Shown here in pieces: positions 20,201 to 28,032 of a stretch of DNA of 64,000 nucleotides. Numbering within the stretch: position 1 is the first letter of the stretch; each line of letters begins with the position of its first letter. The translations under genes were made by a program, and so were the position numbers. This DNA is from Anaerolineales bacterium (GTDB taxonomy: Bacteria > Chloroflexota > Anaerolineae > Anaerolineales > RBG-16-64-43), in the NCBI GenBank assembly GCA_050012135.1, contig JBEKHT010000002.1, forward strand, positions 7,268 to 71,267. Reading direction: 5' to 3'. Under the pieces are notes generated by a model. The model searched no databases. It was given only the letters and a program-made list of their open reading frames with translations, and was not told the DNA's origin.

Positions 20201-20306
20201 TCCGGATGCCTCGGCTCTCTGGCAATTGCTGGGAGATGCGAGCGGCAAGCTGGGTCGGCTGCAGAGAGCCTACGAGGCCTACGCCAAGGCGCTGGAGACC
20301 ATCTGA
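17229..20306 (+). CDS. TPR-repeat protein with long acidic P-[ED]-W-L repeat region
   Basis: N-terminal ~230 aa and C-terminal ~80 aa look like TPR. The central ~600 aa are Pro/Glu/Ala-rich. GAGGA lies 6 nt before ATG 17229. Confidence 0.8.
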   Translation: MAEISLRAYEQDIQEMIDHGHFDEAVAHCQNILARFPKHVETYRLLGKAYLEQGRHADAADIFQRVLSAIPDDFLSHVAMAIMGEDAGNLDTAIWHMERAFEVNPSNPTVQQEVRRLRGLRDGVEPSRLRMTQASLARMYLKGRLDAQAAAEVNSALKDDPDRPDLLVVLANAYWQMGKLAEGAEVCNRILDKLPFCLEANQILARILWKTGRKEEAQGVFRRLAALDPYVGVRPPTDDGRMPDVPSGAVLVERLSWTPPLQEQKGPPPGWAEGLGLKKQEPGKVEIPEWLEPSKPFPVEASTPFSAEAEESPFHPPDWLGEAAAEIPGASDMQADQLLGPEEPEAALARMGQELPDWLKPGSASEAAPPAPPKPSDWLTPESPKKEEPSGDFADWLKAVGGEESLTRAGEGLPEWLKPEGGAAQPAEPAEALPDWLKGQAPESGQTTEEYPEIPLEHPSGEEAPLRREGGLDWFPQTGAEPVVSPFDLAAAGKTGASEKLPEWLEAELREAPGITSQEIAPAEQGKGMVHPAEAPPLSGGEPPSWLKAAGVDGSLFSEAAEGPEPVSTGPTGEVAPAVPATELPDWLQAEMAGPASVPGQAPVPDWLRTEVSKEEEKTPESTDLAKPKGMAGPVVEPSKEKETELPEWLGTAPAQMAKPASSEQETSTPQGEIPDWLKRIATEASSVAEEATPPEPETGTGELPSWLDSRQPGASDTISKWLGERLGPRPGTEEEAEPAPEAEDLPEWLRSPAGAEAKGDQAAIEEVGPTPEVGPVLPEATPKIEKAGEQAPPDWLRTALGLAESELSSVLPAQESRPAQTPAPEVQLTQAPAEEQKVPPTKPKLAPVLPPSIAMPVKETRLPPAAEGKLEPGPAPSPFVPPMNEEPVAAPPERPEWIPVVEPAATPALEPVLPRRQGPLPAPAPKVPPVAKKKSRKLTKEEAALLLAQARKYLEESREVDAAVAYQKLFESGRNVEEIADDLEQAVGDFPDASALWQLLGDASGKLGRLQRAYEAYAKALETI
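18090..19925 (+). repeat. 19 irregularly spaced coding repeats of the motif [LIP]-P-[EDS]-W-L
   Basis: Counted in the translation: IPEWLEP, PPDWLGE, LPDWLKP, PSDWLTP, FADWLKA, LPEWLKP, LPDWLKG, GLDWFPQ, LPEWLEA, PPSWLKA, LPDWLQA, VPDWLRT, LPEWLGT, IPDWLKR, LPSWLDS, ISKWLGE, LPEWLRS, PPDWLRT, RPEWIPV. Confidence 0.8.
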
Positions 20307-20349
20307 TCCAAGCCCTGTTGATTCGCCTTGGGTTTGAGATCCACCGAAA

Positions 20350-20375
20350 GGCCCGGTTCGTCTGGGCCGTTTTTT
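20350..20375 (+). terminator. Intrinsic terminator after the TPR gene
   Basis: GGCCCGG-TTCGT-CTGGGCC hairpin followed by GTTTTTT. Confidence 0.7.
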
Positions 20376-20417
20376 CACTCCCACCCGACCTCAGCTCGCC
20401 CTCCTAGGAGATTTCAG

Positions 20418-21857
20418 TTGACCCCGCGCAGACTGGTCCTGGTCCTGGCCTTCGTGGCGATCTTCGCCATGGCCAGCCGGGTCTCGGTGGATCCGGATAC
20501 ATGGTGGCACTTGCGGGCGGGACAGTGGATTGTGGAGCATGGCGCGATTCTCCGGCAGGATGTCTTTTCCTACACTCGGGCAGGCGCCGCCTGGCATTAT
20601 CCAGGATGGCTCGCGCAAGTTCTGCTTTTCGGGTTGTTCAAGCTCGGCGGTTTCGCCGCCCTCAATCTCTATACGGCCGCACTCGTAACCCTGGCTTTCT
20701 TCTTTGTCTTTCTGTTTCTGCGCGGGGACAACTTCCTGCTCGCCTTCGTCCTCATCCTGGCGGCGGTTTCCTCGGGGGTCTATTGGTCTGCGCGACCCCA
20801 GCTTTTGTCCTTTGCTTTGACCGGTGCCTTCCTGTGGGTTCTGCGAGAATATCAGGACCACTCCGTTAACCGGCTCTGGATTCTTCCGCCGCTCATGGCT
20901 CTCTGGGTCAACCTGCACGGCGGTTTCGCGATTGGGTTCATTCTCCTCGGCCTGGTCGTCCTGGCGGAGGGCGCCGAAGTGATCATCGCCCCAAAGGAGG
21001 GGCGGGCCGAGAAAAGTAGAAAGCTTGTCTGGCTGGCGGGCATCACAGCGGCCTGCGTGATCGCCGTTGGCCTGAATCCGTTCGGGTACGAGATGCTGCT
21101 CTACCCCTTCAAGACGGTCTCAATCAAGGTTCTTCAGGACTTCATCCAGGAGTGGCAGTCGCCCAATTTCCATCTCAAGGAGGCCCAGCCCTTTCTGTGG
21201 CTCCTCTTCCTCACCCTGGCGGCCGTTGGCTTCTCGGGAATACGGATGCAGGTGAGTGAGTTCCTCCTGGTGGTGACCTTCGGCTACATGGGCTTTTTGG
21301 CCGGGAGAAATGTGGCCCTGTTCGCCCTCGTGGCACCTGCCGTCATTGTTCGTCACGGGCAAGCCCTGTTGGAAAACCGCTTTCCGCAGTGGGGCAAGGG
21401 TGGTGAGCCGCACCGGAGCCGATGGCCAGTCAACTGGGCTATTCTTGCATTGGCTGTGGTCGCGGCTGGGGCCAAGTTTTATCTCTCGGCGCAGCCGGAG
21501 GTGAATCAGTCCGAGGTGGCTGTGAAGGCGCCTGTGGGCGCCGTGGATTTCCTGTCCGCCCGGCCTGGGCTGGGCCGCATGTTCAACTCCTACAATTGGG
21601 GCGGCTACCTGATTTGGGCGCTCCCGAGCTACCCGGTCTTCGTGGATGGGCGCACCGACCTGTACCCGGACGGCCTTCTGGCCGACTACCTGAATGTCGC
21701 CGAGGCCGCCCCGGGCTGGCAGAAGATCCTTGACCGATGGGGAGTCAGCCTGATCCTCATCGAGCCGGGCTCACCCATCGTTCCGGTCGCACAAGAGATG
21801 GGGTGGACGACCCTCTATCAGGATTCGACCTCTGTGCTTCTCCGGAGGCCGTCATAG
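20418..21857 (+). CDS. Polytopic membrane protein, probable GT-C fold glycosyltransferase
   Basis: TTG 20418 lies 7 nt after AGGAG, whereas the track start 20328 lies before the upstream terminator hairpin (20350-20375). TM1 is followed by SVDPDTWWHLRAG. Many TM spans and a C-terminal soluble domain. Confidence 0.6.
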   Translation: MTPRRLVLVLAFVAIFAMASRVSVDPDTWWHLRAGQWIVEHGAILRQDVFSYTRAGAAWHYPGWLAQVLLFGLFKLGGFAALNLYTAALVTLAFFFVFLFLRGDNFLLAFVLILAAVSSGVYWSARPQLLSFALTGAFLWVLREYQDHSVNRLWILPPLMALWVNLHGGFAIGFILLGLVVLAEGAEVIIAPKEGRAEKSRKLVWLAGITAACVIAVGLNPFGYEMLLYPFKTVSIKVLQDFIQEWQSPNFHLKEAQPFLWLLFLTLAAVGFSGIRMQVSEFLLVVTFGYMGFLAGRNVALFALVAPAVIVRHGQALLENRFPQWGKGGEPHRSRWPVNWAILALAVVAAGAKFYLSAQPEVNQSEVAVKAPVGAVDFLSARPGLGRMFNSYNWGGYLIWALPSYPVFVDGRTDLYPDGLLADYLNVAEAAPGWQKILDRWGVSLILIEPGSPIVPVAQEMGWTTLYQDSTSVLLRRPS

Positions 21858-21951
21858 ACCCGATTGCCAATCCTGCTCGCGGTCCGCGAACCCGGCCTCC
21901 TCTCCTGGGGGGCAGCCCGCGGGGGACACCCCGGGAGAAGAAGCGTTCGGC

Positions 21952-23625
21952 GTGATCCCCACCAGCGACTCACACCTTGGACTCAAGTGGGGGGGGATAC
22001 TCCTTCTGGCCGGTCTCCTGGTCGTCGGGGTGGAGGCTTCCTTCCTCCAGCAGCCCGGCTATATGGATGCTTGCTATTCGTTCAACGCGGGCCGCTCCCT
22101 CGCACAGGGGTCCGGGCTGCAAGACCCCTATCTGTGGAACTACCTGGATGACCCGCAAGGCCTTCCGCATCTCAGTCACACCTACTGGATGCCTTTGCCT
22201 TCCTTGCTCGCGGCTCTGGGAAGCCTAGTAATTTCCAAAGGGTTCCGAGGCGCCCAGCTCCCGTTCTGGCTGATCGGAGCCTTGCTGCCTCTAAGCACGG
22301 CGCTGATGGCGCTGCGCATCACGCGCAATCGTCGAGTTTCCGTGGTCGCGGGCTTCCTGATGGCCTTCCCTTGTTTCTACGCGATCTACATGGCCGACAC
22401 CGACTCGGTCGCCCCCTACGCGCTGCTGGGGGCCGTCTTTTTCCCCGTCCTGGTCGAGGCCGTGTCCACGCGCAGGCCCCTGCTCTTTCTCTTGCTTGGA
22501 GCCCTGGGGGGATTGGCCCACTTGGCGCGGGCCGACGCGCTCATCCTGGTCGGGTACGCTTTGGTGGCCGCCGCCCTGCTGTGGCCGAGGGACGAACGAT
22601 TCGGGACCGGGTCCCAGTCGCTGACCCCGCGAAACGTGCGAACCGGAGCGTTCTGCAGCAGGCTCGCATCCGCCGCCGGACGAGTCGGCCTCGTTTTGAT
22701 CGCCTATCTGGTGGTGACGGCCTTTTGGTATTCCAGAAACCTGGCGTCCTTCGGGACCCTGCTTCCTCCCTCGGGCTTCCGGACCCTCTGGCTGATCCGC
22801 TATGACGACCTCTTTCACTTTCCGGGATGGGAACTCACCCCGGGAAGATTCCTCTCGAGCGGCGCCGTGTCGATTCTGGAGGCGAGGTGGCAGGCTCTAG
22901 GCTGGAATCTGCAGACCCTCTTCTTCGCTCAAGGCTGGATGGTCCTGTTCCCCTTCGTGGTCATCGGGCTGGTCCGGCTCAGGGGCCAGGCCGTTGTGCG
23001 CTGCGCTGCGTTCTACGGTGCGGTGCTGTTCGCCGCCATGACGGTCTTGTTCCCATGGTCCGGCGCTCGCGGGGGTTACCTTCATTCGGGCGTGGCTCTC
23101 CTGCCAACCTTCGCCCTGGGGGCCTCGGTGGGGGTGGATCGGACCGTGGAGTGGGTGGGAGGGATCCGTGGGTGGAACCTGGCCCGCGCTCGCCTCAGCT
23201 TCTCCGTCGGCGCGATATTGGTTGCCGCCGCGGTTACGGGCGTCTCCTTTCAAAGGAGCGTCGTCGGGACCAACCCAGGGTCTCCGGCCTGGTCTCATCT
23301 GGATGATGACTACTCTGCGGCAGGAGCTTGGCTCAGGCTGCATGCCCCCGCCGGGTCCCGGGTCATGGTGAACAACCCGCCGTGTTTCTACTATCGCACG
23401 GGACTGTCGTCAGTCGTGGTGCCGGATGGCGATGAGACCACGGCCCTGGCGGCAGCCGATCGGTACCAAGCCCGCTATCTTCTCCTGGATGCCAATGCCC
23501 CCTCCGATTTGGTCCCCATCTTCGAGGGCACTCGCCGGGATGCCCGCCTGGTGGAAGAGACCGAGGTGGAGGGGGGACCCCAAGGCAAGCCGCTGAAGAT
23601 CTTTCGGATCCTCCCCCCCCCATGA
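21952..23625 (+). CDS. Polytopic membrane protein, GT-C fold glycosyltransferase (ArnT-like)
   Basis: 557 aa. TM1 is followed by QQPGYMDACYSFNAGRSLAQG. More than 10 hydrophobic spans. Confidence 0.6.
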   Translation: MIPTSDSHLGLKWGGILLLAGLLVVGVEASFLQQPGYMDACYSFNAGRSLAQGSGLQDPYLWNYLDDPQGLPHLSHTYWMPLPSLLAALGSLVISKGFRGAQLPFWLIGALLPLSTALMALRITRNRRVSVVAGFLMAFPCFYAIYMADTDSVAPYALLGAVFFPVLVEAVSTRRPLLFLLLGALGGLAHLARADALILVGYALVAAALLWPRDERFGTGSQSLTPRNVRTGAFCSRLASAAGRVGLVLIAYLVVTAFWYSRNLASFGTLLPPSGFRTLWLIRYDDLFHFPGWELTPGRFLSSGAVSILEARWQALGWNLQTLFFAQGWMVLFPFVVIGLVRLRGQAVVRCAAFYGAVLFAAMTVLFPWSGARGGYLHSGVALLPTFALGASVGVDRTVEWVGGIRGWNLARARLSFSVGAILVAAAVTGVSFQRSVVGTNPGSPAWSHLDDDYSAAGAWLRLHAPAGSRVMVNNPPCFYYRTGLSSVVVPDGDETTALAAADRYQARYLLLDANAPSDLVPIFEGTRRDARLVEETEVEGGPQGKPLKIFRILPPP

Positions 23626-25130
23626 CACGCTTCAAGCTGCTGCTAGGGGCCGGTCTGCTGCTTGCCCTCGCAGGGCCGGCGGTCTACCTCGCCGTTTGCA
23701 TGCGGGCCGGGATGATCGGGTTTCCCCTGGACGATGCCTGGATTCACCAGACCTACGCTCGCAACCTGGTTGCCACGGGGACGTGGTCCTTCGATCCCGG
23801 TGTGCCCTCGGCAGGCTCCACCTCTCCCTTGTGGACTCTGCTGATTGCCCTGGGCCGTCGGATCGGAGCGAGTTTCATTCCCTGGACTTTTGGGCTGGGG
23901 GTATTTTTCTTCGGCCTGACTGCGGTGATGACCTACCGGTGGGCCAAGTCATTTGATCCATGGGTCGGAGTCCTGGCGGCGGGGCTCGCTTTGACCGAAT
24001 GGCACCTGATTTGGGCCGCGGTCTCGGGCATGGAGATCCCGCTGCTGACCTTCTGGTTGATGTCGGGATTCCTCCTGAGCAGCCGGCTGGCTCCGATCCA
24101 GAGGGGTTCTTCGCCTGCCTTGCGGCTGCGTCAGCTCGCCTCTCATGGTCTGCTGGGTCTGTTCCTCGGGCTGGGAATCTGGATTCGACCGGAAGCCGTG
24201 GTGGCCGTGCCTTTCATGATCCTCACGGCAGAAATCCATGAGCTGCGCAAGGCGCGAGGCTTGGTCGAACTGGCCTTCCTGTTGCTGTTCGCCGCGCTTC
24301 CGATCCTCGGTTACTTCCTATTCAATTTGACTCTTTCCGGTCACATCTGGACCAATACCTTTTATGCCAAGCAAGAGGAGTACAACTCGCTCCTGGCGGG
24401 CGGGTTGGTTTCGCGAGTTGTGCCCGAGGCGGTCACGCTGCTGGCGGGTCCCCTGGCGGTCCTTTGGCCGGGCTTGATTCTGGCCGTTGCCATCCTCTGG
24501 CGCGACCGGCGTTGGGAGCTGTTGTTTCCCCTCGCCTGGACCTGCGCTCATCTTGGACTCTACACCCTGCGTTTGCCAGCGACCTATCAGCACGGCCGCT
24601 ACCTGATGCCCGTCCTTCCACTGCTCGTCTCTTATTCTGCCTTCGGGTTGCTGCGGATTTGGAGGAACCCTGCCCTCGGGCGGGGCGGGTGGGTTGTGTC
24701 GAGGGCGTGGTTGGGCAGCCTCGGGCTGATCACGCTTGGCTTTTTCGTTCTTGGTGCTCAGGCCTATGTTCAGGATGTAGGGGTGATTGAGACAGAAATG
24801 GTTCGGACCTCGAGGTGGGTTGCGGCCAACACCCCCGCCGACGCGGTGGTCGCAGCGCATGATATCGGCGCCCTCGGCTACTGGGGGGGGAGAAGGTTGA
24901 TTGATCTGGGGGGACTAACCCAATCCTATCTGCCTCCCGTGTTCGGAGACAGCGGGGCTTTGCGCAATTACCTGAACCTCGAAGGGGCAGAGTACCTGGT
25001 CACGTTCCCCCACCTCTATCCGTCGCTGACGCAGTCGTGCGTGCCGGTCTGGACGACTCAGGGATCCTACAGTGCCCGCCAGGGCGGGGAGAACATGGCC
25101 GTCTACCGCTGGCACAATGGATGTTCCTAG
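23622..25130 (+). CDS. Polytopic membrane protein, GT-C fold glycosyltransferase
   Basis: 4-nt overlap with the upstream gene. TM1 is followed by GFPLDDAWIHQTYARNL. Multiple TM spans. Confidence 0.6.
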   Translation: MTRFKLLLGAGLLLALAGPAVYLAVCMRAGMIGFPLDDAWIHQTYARNLVATGTWSFDPGVPSAGSTSPLWTLLIALGRRIGASFIPWTFGLGVFFFGLTAVMTYRWAKSFDPWVGVLAAGLALTEWHLIWAAVSGMEIPLLTFWLMSGFLLSSRLAPIQRGSSPALRLRQLASHGLLGLFLGLGIWIRPEAVVAVPFMILTAEIHELRKARGLVELAFLLLFAALPILGYFLFNLTLSGHIWTNTFYAKQEEYNSLLAGGLVSRVVPEAVTLLAGPLAVLWPGLILAVAILWRDRRWELLFPLAWTCAHLGLYTLRLPATYQHGRYLMPVLPLLVSYSAFGLLRIWRNPALGRGGWVVSRAWLGSLGLITLGFFVLGAQAYVQDVGVIETEMVRTSRWVAANTPADAVVAAHDIGALGYWGGRRLIDLGGLTQSYLPPVFGDSGALRNYLNLEGAEYLVTFPHLYPSLTQSCVPVWTTQGSYSARQGGENMAVYRWHNGCS

Positions 25131-25274
25131 GGCCGCCTTGAGCCCTGGGGTTTTTCCAGAAGAGCTGTGCCCCGCTGCCACGGATGCGCATGGGGGGCTG
25201 ACGGGGAGAAGTGGGTCCGGGAAAACGAGAACGCGCCAAGGAGGGACCGAACGAGGTCCGGGCACACGTTTCGT

Positions 25275-25303
25275 TTGCGACGCGAGGCGGCCGATGCTAT
25301 ACT
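25275..25303 (+). promoter_or_regulatory. Candidate promoter of the histidine kinase gene
   Basis: TTGCGA (25275-25280), 17-nt spacer, TATACT (25298-25303). Confidence 0.4.
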
Positions 25304-25430
25304 CATTCGACCCGGGGCCGGTGACCAACTCCAAGGGCAGGGACTGTCCGGGTTGAACGCTGGTCCATGTGGGAGCCGCTTGAGGCCGTGTGGCCTGATG
25401 ACGTGAACGGAGGACCGGGCGGAGAGGGAA

Positions 25431-26471
25431 ATGACCTCAAACAAACCGCCGGAGGGCACCACTACCCTGGAGGCGTTGATCTCCGATCTTTCTGCCGAAG
25501 CCGAGCGGATACGGAATGAGGCCAAGGAGATCAAGATGCTCGTCGAGCAAAACCGCGGCGAGGTGGAAAAGCTGCGCCAGCGGCAGTCTGCAGTTTCTGC
25601 GCGTCTCAAACAACTCCAGCCGGCGTTCGAAACGGTCCCTCGCGAGGACATTCGCGCCACTTACGAGACTGCCCTCGACACGCAGCAACGCTTGTTCAAC
25701 ATGGGGGGTGAGCTCGAGCGACTCCAGAGCAAGCTGACCCTGTATGAGGAGTACGGCAGGACGATCAGCCGGGTCTTGGAGGTGTTGCGCAGCAATGAGC
25801 CGGATTCCGTAGCAACTGGGCCGGCTCCCAAGCCGGTCTTGATTCGCCTGGTGGAGGCTCAGGAGGAGGAGAGGCAGCGCCTGTCACGCCAAATGCACGA
25901 CGGTCCGGCCCAGGTGCTTTCGAACTTCATCCTCCAGGCCGAGATTGCCGCGCGCCTGTTCGATGCGGATCCGCAGAAAGCCCGGGAGGAGCTGGTCAGC
26001 CTGAAGACAAGCGCCACCACGGCCTTCCAGCACATCCGCGATTTCATCTTTGACCTGCGTCCCATGATGCTCGACGACCTGGGGCTGGTGCCCACCAGTC
26101 GGCGCTATCTGGACACGCTGCGCGAGAAGAACGCCACGGACATCTCCTTCATCTTCACCGGCACGGAGCGGCGCATTGCCAATCACGTCGAGGTGATCCT
26201 GTTTCGAGCGGTCCAGCAGCTGGTCGGGTTGGCGCGCGACGTTTCGGGGGCCAGCCGGATCAAGGTCAGCATGGACCTGGACGAGAAGCACGTTCGCAGT
26301 GCGACGGAGTGGAACGGAAAGGCCCTTCGGGTGGGGCCTGAGGTCGAAGGGGATCCCTACGGGCTGAACAGCTTGCGGGAGCGGATCGGCATGCTGCGGG
26401 GGACCTTCGAGTTTCAGACCGATGCGGAGAACGGCTCCCGCGCCGTGATGGAGGTGCCGCTGGAGGAGTGA
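25431..26471 (+). CDS. Cytoplasmic HisKA_3-type sensor histidine kinase (DegS-like)
   Basis: No TM segment. Coiled-coil-like N-terminal half, H-box EEERQRLSRQMHDGPAQ, C-terminal ATPase-like domain. Confidence 0.85.
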   Translation: MTSNKPPEGTTTLEALISDLSAEAERIRNEAKEIKMLVEQNRGEVEKLRQRQSAVSARLKQLQPAFETVPREDIRATYETALDTQQRLFNMGGELERLQSKLTLYEEYGRTISRVLEVLRSNEPDSVATGPAPKPVLIRLVEAQEEERQRLSRQMHDGPAQVLSNFILQAEIAARLFDADPQKAREELVSLKTSATTAFQHIRDFIFDLRPMMLDDLGLVPTSRRYLDTLREKNATDISFIFTGTERRIANHVEVILFRAVQQLVGLARDVSGASRIKVSMDLDEKHVRSATEWNGKALRVGPEVEGDPYGLNSLRERIGMLRGTFEFQTDAENGSRAVMEVPLEE

Positions 26472-26498
26472 AAGGGCGCCTCGGGCTGCCACTCAAGT

Positions 26499-26506
26499 GC
26501 ACGTGT
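26499..26506 (+). promoter_or_regulatory. GCACGTGT box upstream of flp-1
   Basis: First of three copies of this 8-mer, each upstream of a flp gene. It starts 38 nt before the -10-like TATATT (26537-26542). Confidence 0.4.
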
Positions 26507-26633
26507 ATTGCACGGGACGCGGGCGGTTTTCGAAGATATATTGGAGGGTGCAGCCGGGAACGGATCCGGCCTGCGAGCGGAAGGAGATGCGCAAGGCATG
26601 ACCTAACTAGGCTGATTCTGGAGGGTCTTCTCA

Positions 26634-26792
26634 GTGCTGAGACGAACTGCGAAGAAGGCCCAAGGGCTCACGGAATACGCATTGATTCTTGCGCTTGTTG
26701 CTGTTGTGGTTACATTGATTTTGTATGTCCTGAGCCCCGCGGTCGGAAACATTTGGAGCAACGTCAGGAACAACCTGATCAACGCCCTCTGA
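26634..26792 (+). CDS. flp: Flp/Fap-family prepilin (52 aa), divergent copy
   Basis: GTG start 8 nt after GGAGGG. VLRRTAKKAQG|LTEYALILALVAVVV has the Flp G/xxxEY processing motif and a hydrophobic helix. Below the track length cutoff. Confidence 0.7.
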   Translation: MLRRTAKKAQGLTEYALILALVAVVVTLILYVLSPAVGNIWSNVRNNLINAL

Positions 26793-26857
26793 TGCGAGCG
26801 GGCCGGGTGTTGGACGCTTGCCCGCGGCCGGAGGCCGAACGGCCGAGTCGTGCGGAT

Positions 26858-26869
26858 GCACGTGTTCGG
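26858..26869 (+). promoter_or_regulatory. GCACGTGTTCGG box upstream of flp-2
   Basis: Identical 12-mer at 27557-27568. It starts 49 nt before the -10-like TACAAT (26907-26912). Confidence 0.4.
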
Positions 26870-26958
26870 CAAGGATTCGGCAAGCCTGAAGGGGGCGCAC
26901 CCAGGCTACAATGGGCGCAGATTGAAAGGTCCGATCCCGAAAGGAAGGAGGTGAGAAT

Positions 26959-27105
26959 ATGTTCAAGAGCATACGCCAAAAGGGCCAGGGACTCGTTGAA
27001 TACGCGTTGATCCTAGTTCTAGTTGCAGTCGTTGTGATCGTGATCCTGTCCCTGCTTGGCCCGGCCATCGGCAACGTCTTCAGCAATATCGTCAACAGCA
27101 TCTAG
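26959..27105 (+). CDS. flp: Flp/Fap-family prepilin (48 aa)
   Basis: AAGGAGGTGA RBS. MFKSIRQKGQG|LVEYALILVLVAVVVIVILSLLGPAIGNVFSNIVNSI. Below the track length cutoff. Confidence 0.85.
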   Translation: MFKSIRQKGQGLVEYALILVLVAVVVIVILSLLGPAIGNVFSNIVNSI

Positions 27106-27133
27106 CCGGTTGCATAGACGTCCGCTTGCCGCG

Positions 27134-27166
27134 GTGGGCCTCGCCTCTGGCGAGGCCCACTTCCTT
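27134..27166 (+). terminator. Terminator after flp-2
   Basis: 11-bp stem GTGGGCCTCGC / GCGAGGCCCAC followed by TTCCTT. Confidence 0.55.
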
Positions 27167-27556
27167 AAGGGGGACCGCTTGGCCAGGCTGAAGGCTTCTG
27201 GCTCAGAGATTCGAATCCAGGCGGGTCTCCCTTGCAGTGGGTGGGTGATGCCCGCGGATCGCTGCGCTCGCGCCTCGAGGTTGGTCGCGACCGTATGAGG
27301 GGAACCTGCGTCAAGTCACAAGCTCAAACCACCTGAGCCAGGCGCTGCCGGGTGGAGGCGGCTTGTCTCCTTCGCGGGTGAACCTGGAGAGAGGGATGAC
27401 CCCCGGGAGAGAGGTCGAGGGAACCGGGTTGGCCCCCTCCGGAGCAAGGCTGGTCTGGTTTCTGCACCCCCGCATTGCCGCCGGAGGGGCCCCCTTCAGG
27501 GGGCCGTTCGCGGCCAGGCAGGGGCAGGGAGCGGTTGTTCAGGATCCCCTGCGCCT

Positions 27557-27568
27557 GCACGTGTTCGG
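27557..27568 (+). promoter_or_regulatory. GCACGTGTTCGG box upstream of flp-3
   Basis: Same 12-mer and same 49-nt offset to TACAAT (27605-27610) as the flp-2 copy. Confidence 0.4.
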
Positions 27569-27656
27569 TACGGAATCAGCAAGGGCAAAAGGGCAAATGG
27601 CATCTACAATGGGCGCAGATTAAAAGGTCCAATCCCGAAAGGAAGGAGGTGAGAAC

Positions 27657-27803
27657 ATGTTCAAGAGCATTCGCCAAAAGGGTCAGGGACTCGTAGAGTA
27701 TGCGCTAATTCTTGTCCTGGTTGCGGTTGTCGTGATCGTGATCCTGTCCCTGCTTGGCCCGGCCATCGGCAACGTCTTTAGCAATATCGTGAATTCCATC
27801 TAG
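27657..27803 (+). CDS. flp: Flp/Fap-family prepilin (48 aa), tandem duplicate of flp-2
   Basis: The encoded peptide is identical to flp-2, with synonymous differences only. Same RBS and same 46-nt leader. Confidence 0.85.
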   Translation: MFKSIRQKGQGLVEYALILVLVAVVVIVILSLLGPAIGNVFSNIVNSI

Positions 27804-27834
27804 TTCGGTTGCGGCGATGTTTGGTCGCCTGGAG

Positions 27835-27863
27835 GGGCCTCACCGGTGGCGAGGCCCTTTTCT
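27835..27863 (+). terminator. Intrinsic terminator after flp-3
   Basis: GGGCCTCACC-GGT-GGCGAGGCCC stem (one mismatch) followed by TTTTCT. Confidence 0.65.
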
Positions 27864-27881
27864 GTGCCGGTCTGGGTCGGC

Positions 27882-27909
27882 TTGACAATCGGACCTTTCG
27901 ATGTATCAT
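27882..27909 (+). promoter_or_regulatory. Promoter of the cpaB-tadC operon
   Basis: Consensus TTGACA (27882-27887), 16-nt spacer, TATCAT (27904-27909). Confidence 0.55.
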
Positions 27910-28032
27910 AACCACCGCTCCAGGGAAGGTCAGCCTAGTTTGCCCTTGCGGCAGCCTTTTGGGGCAGCCTGCAGGCCTTCGGCATTTCTGCAAAAGCTCC
28001 GCGATCGAACCCGCTAGCCCGAGGAGGGATGT

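Noticed and set aside
27106-27556. ORFs 27056..27298 (+), 27324..27560 (-) and 27363..27623 (+) between flp-2 and flp-3.
   Set aside because: Junk composition. The interval is better explained as terminator plus duplicated promoter and leader DNA.
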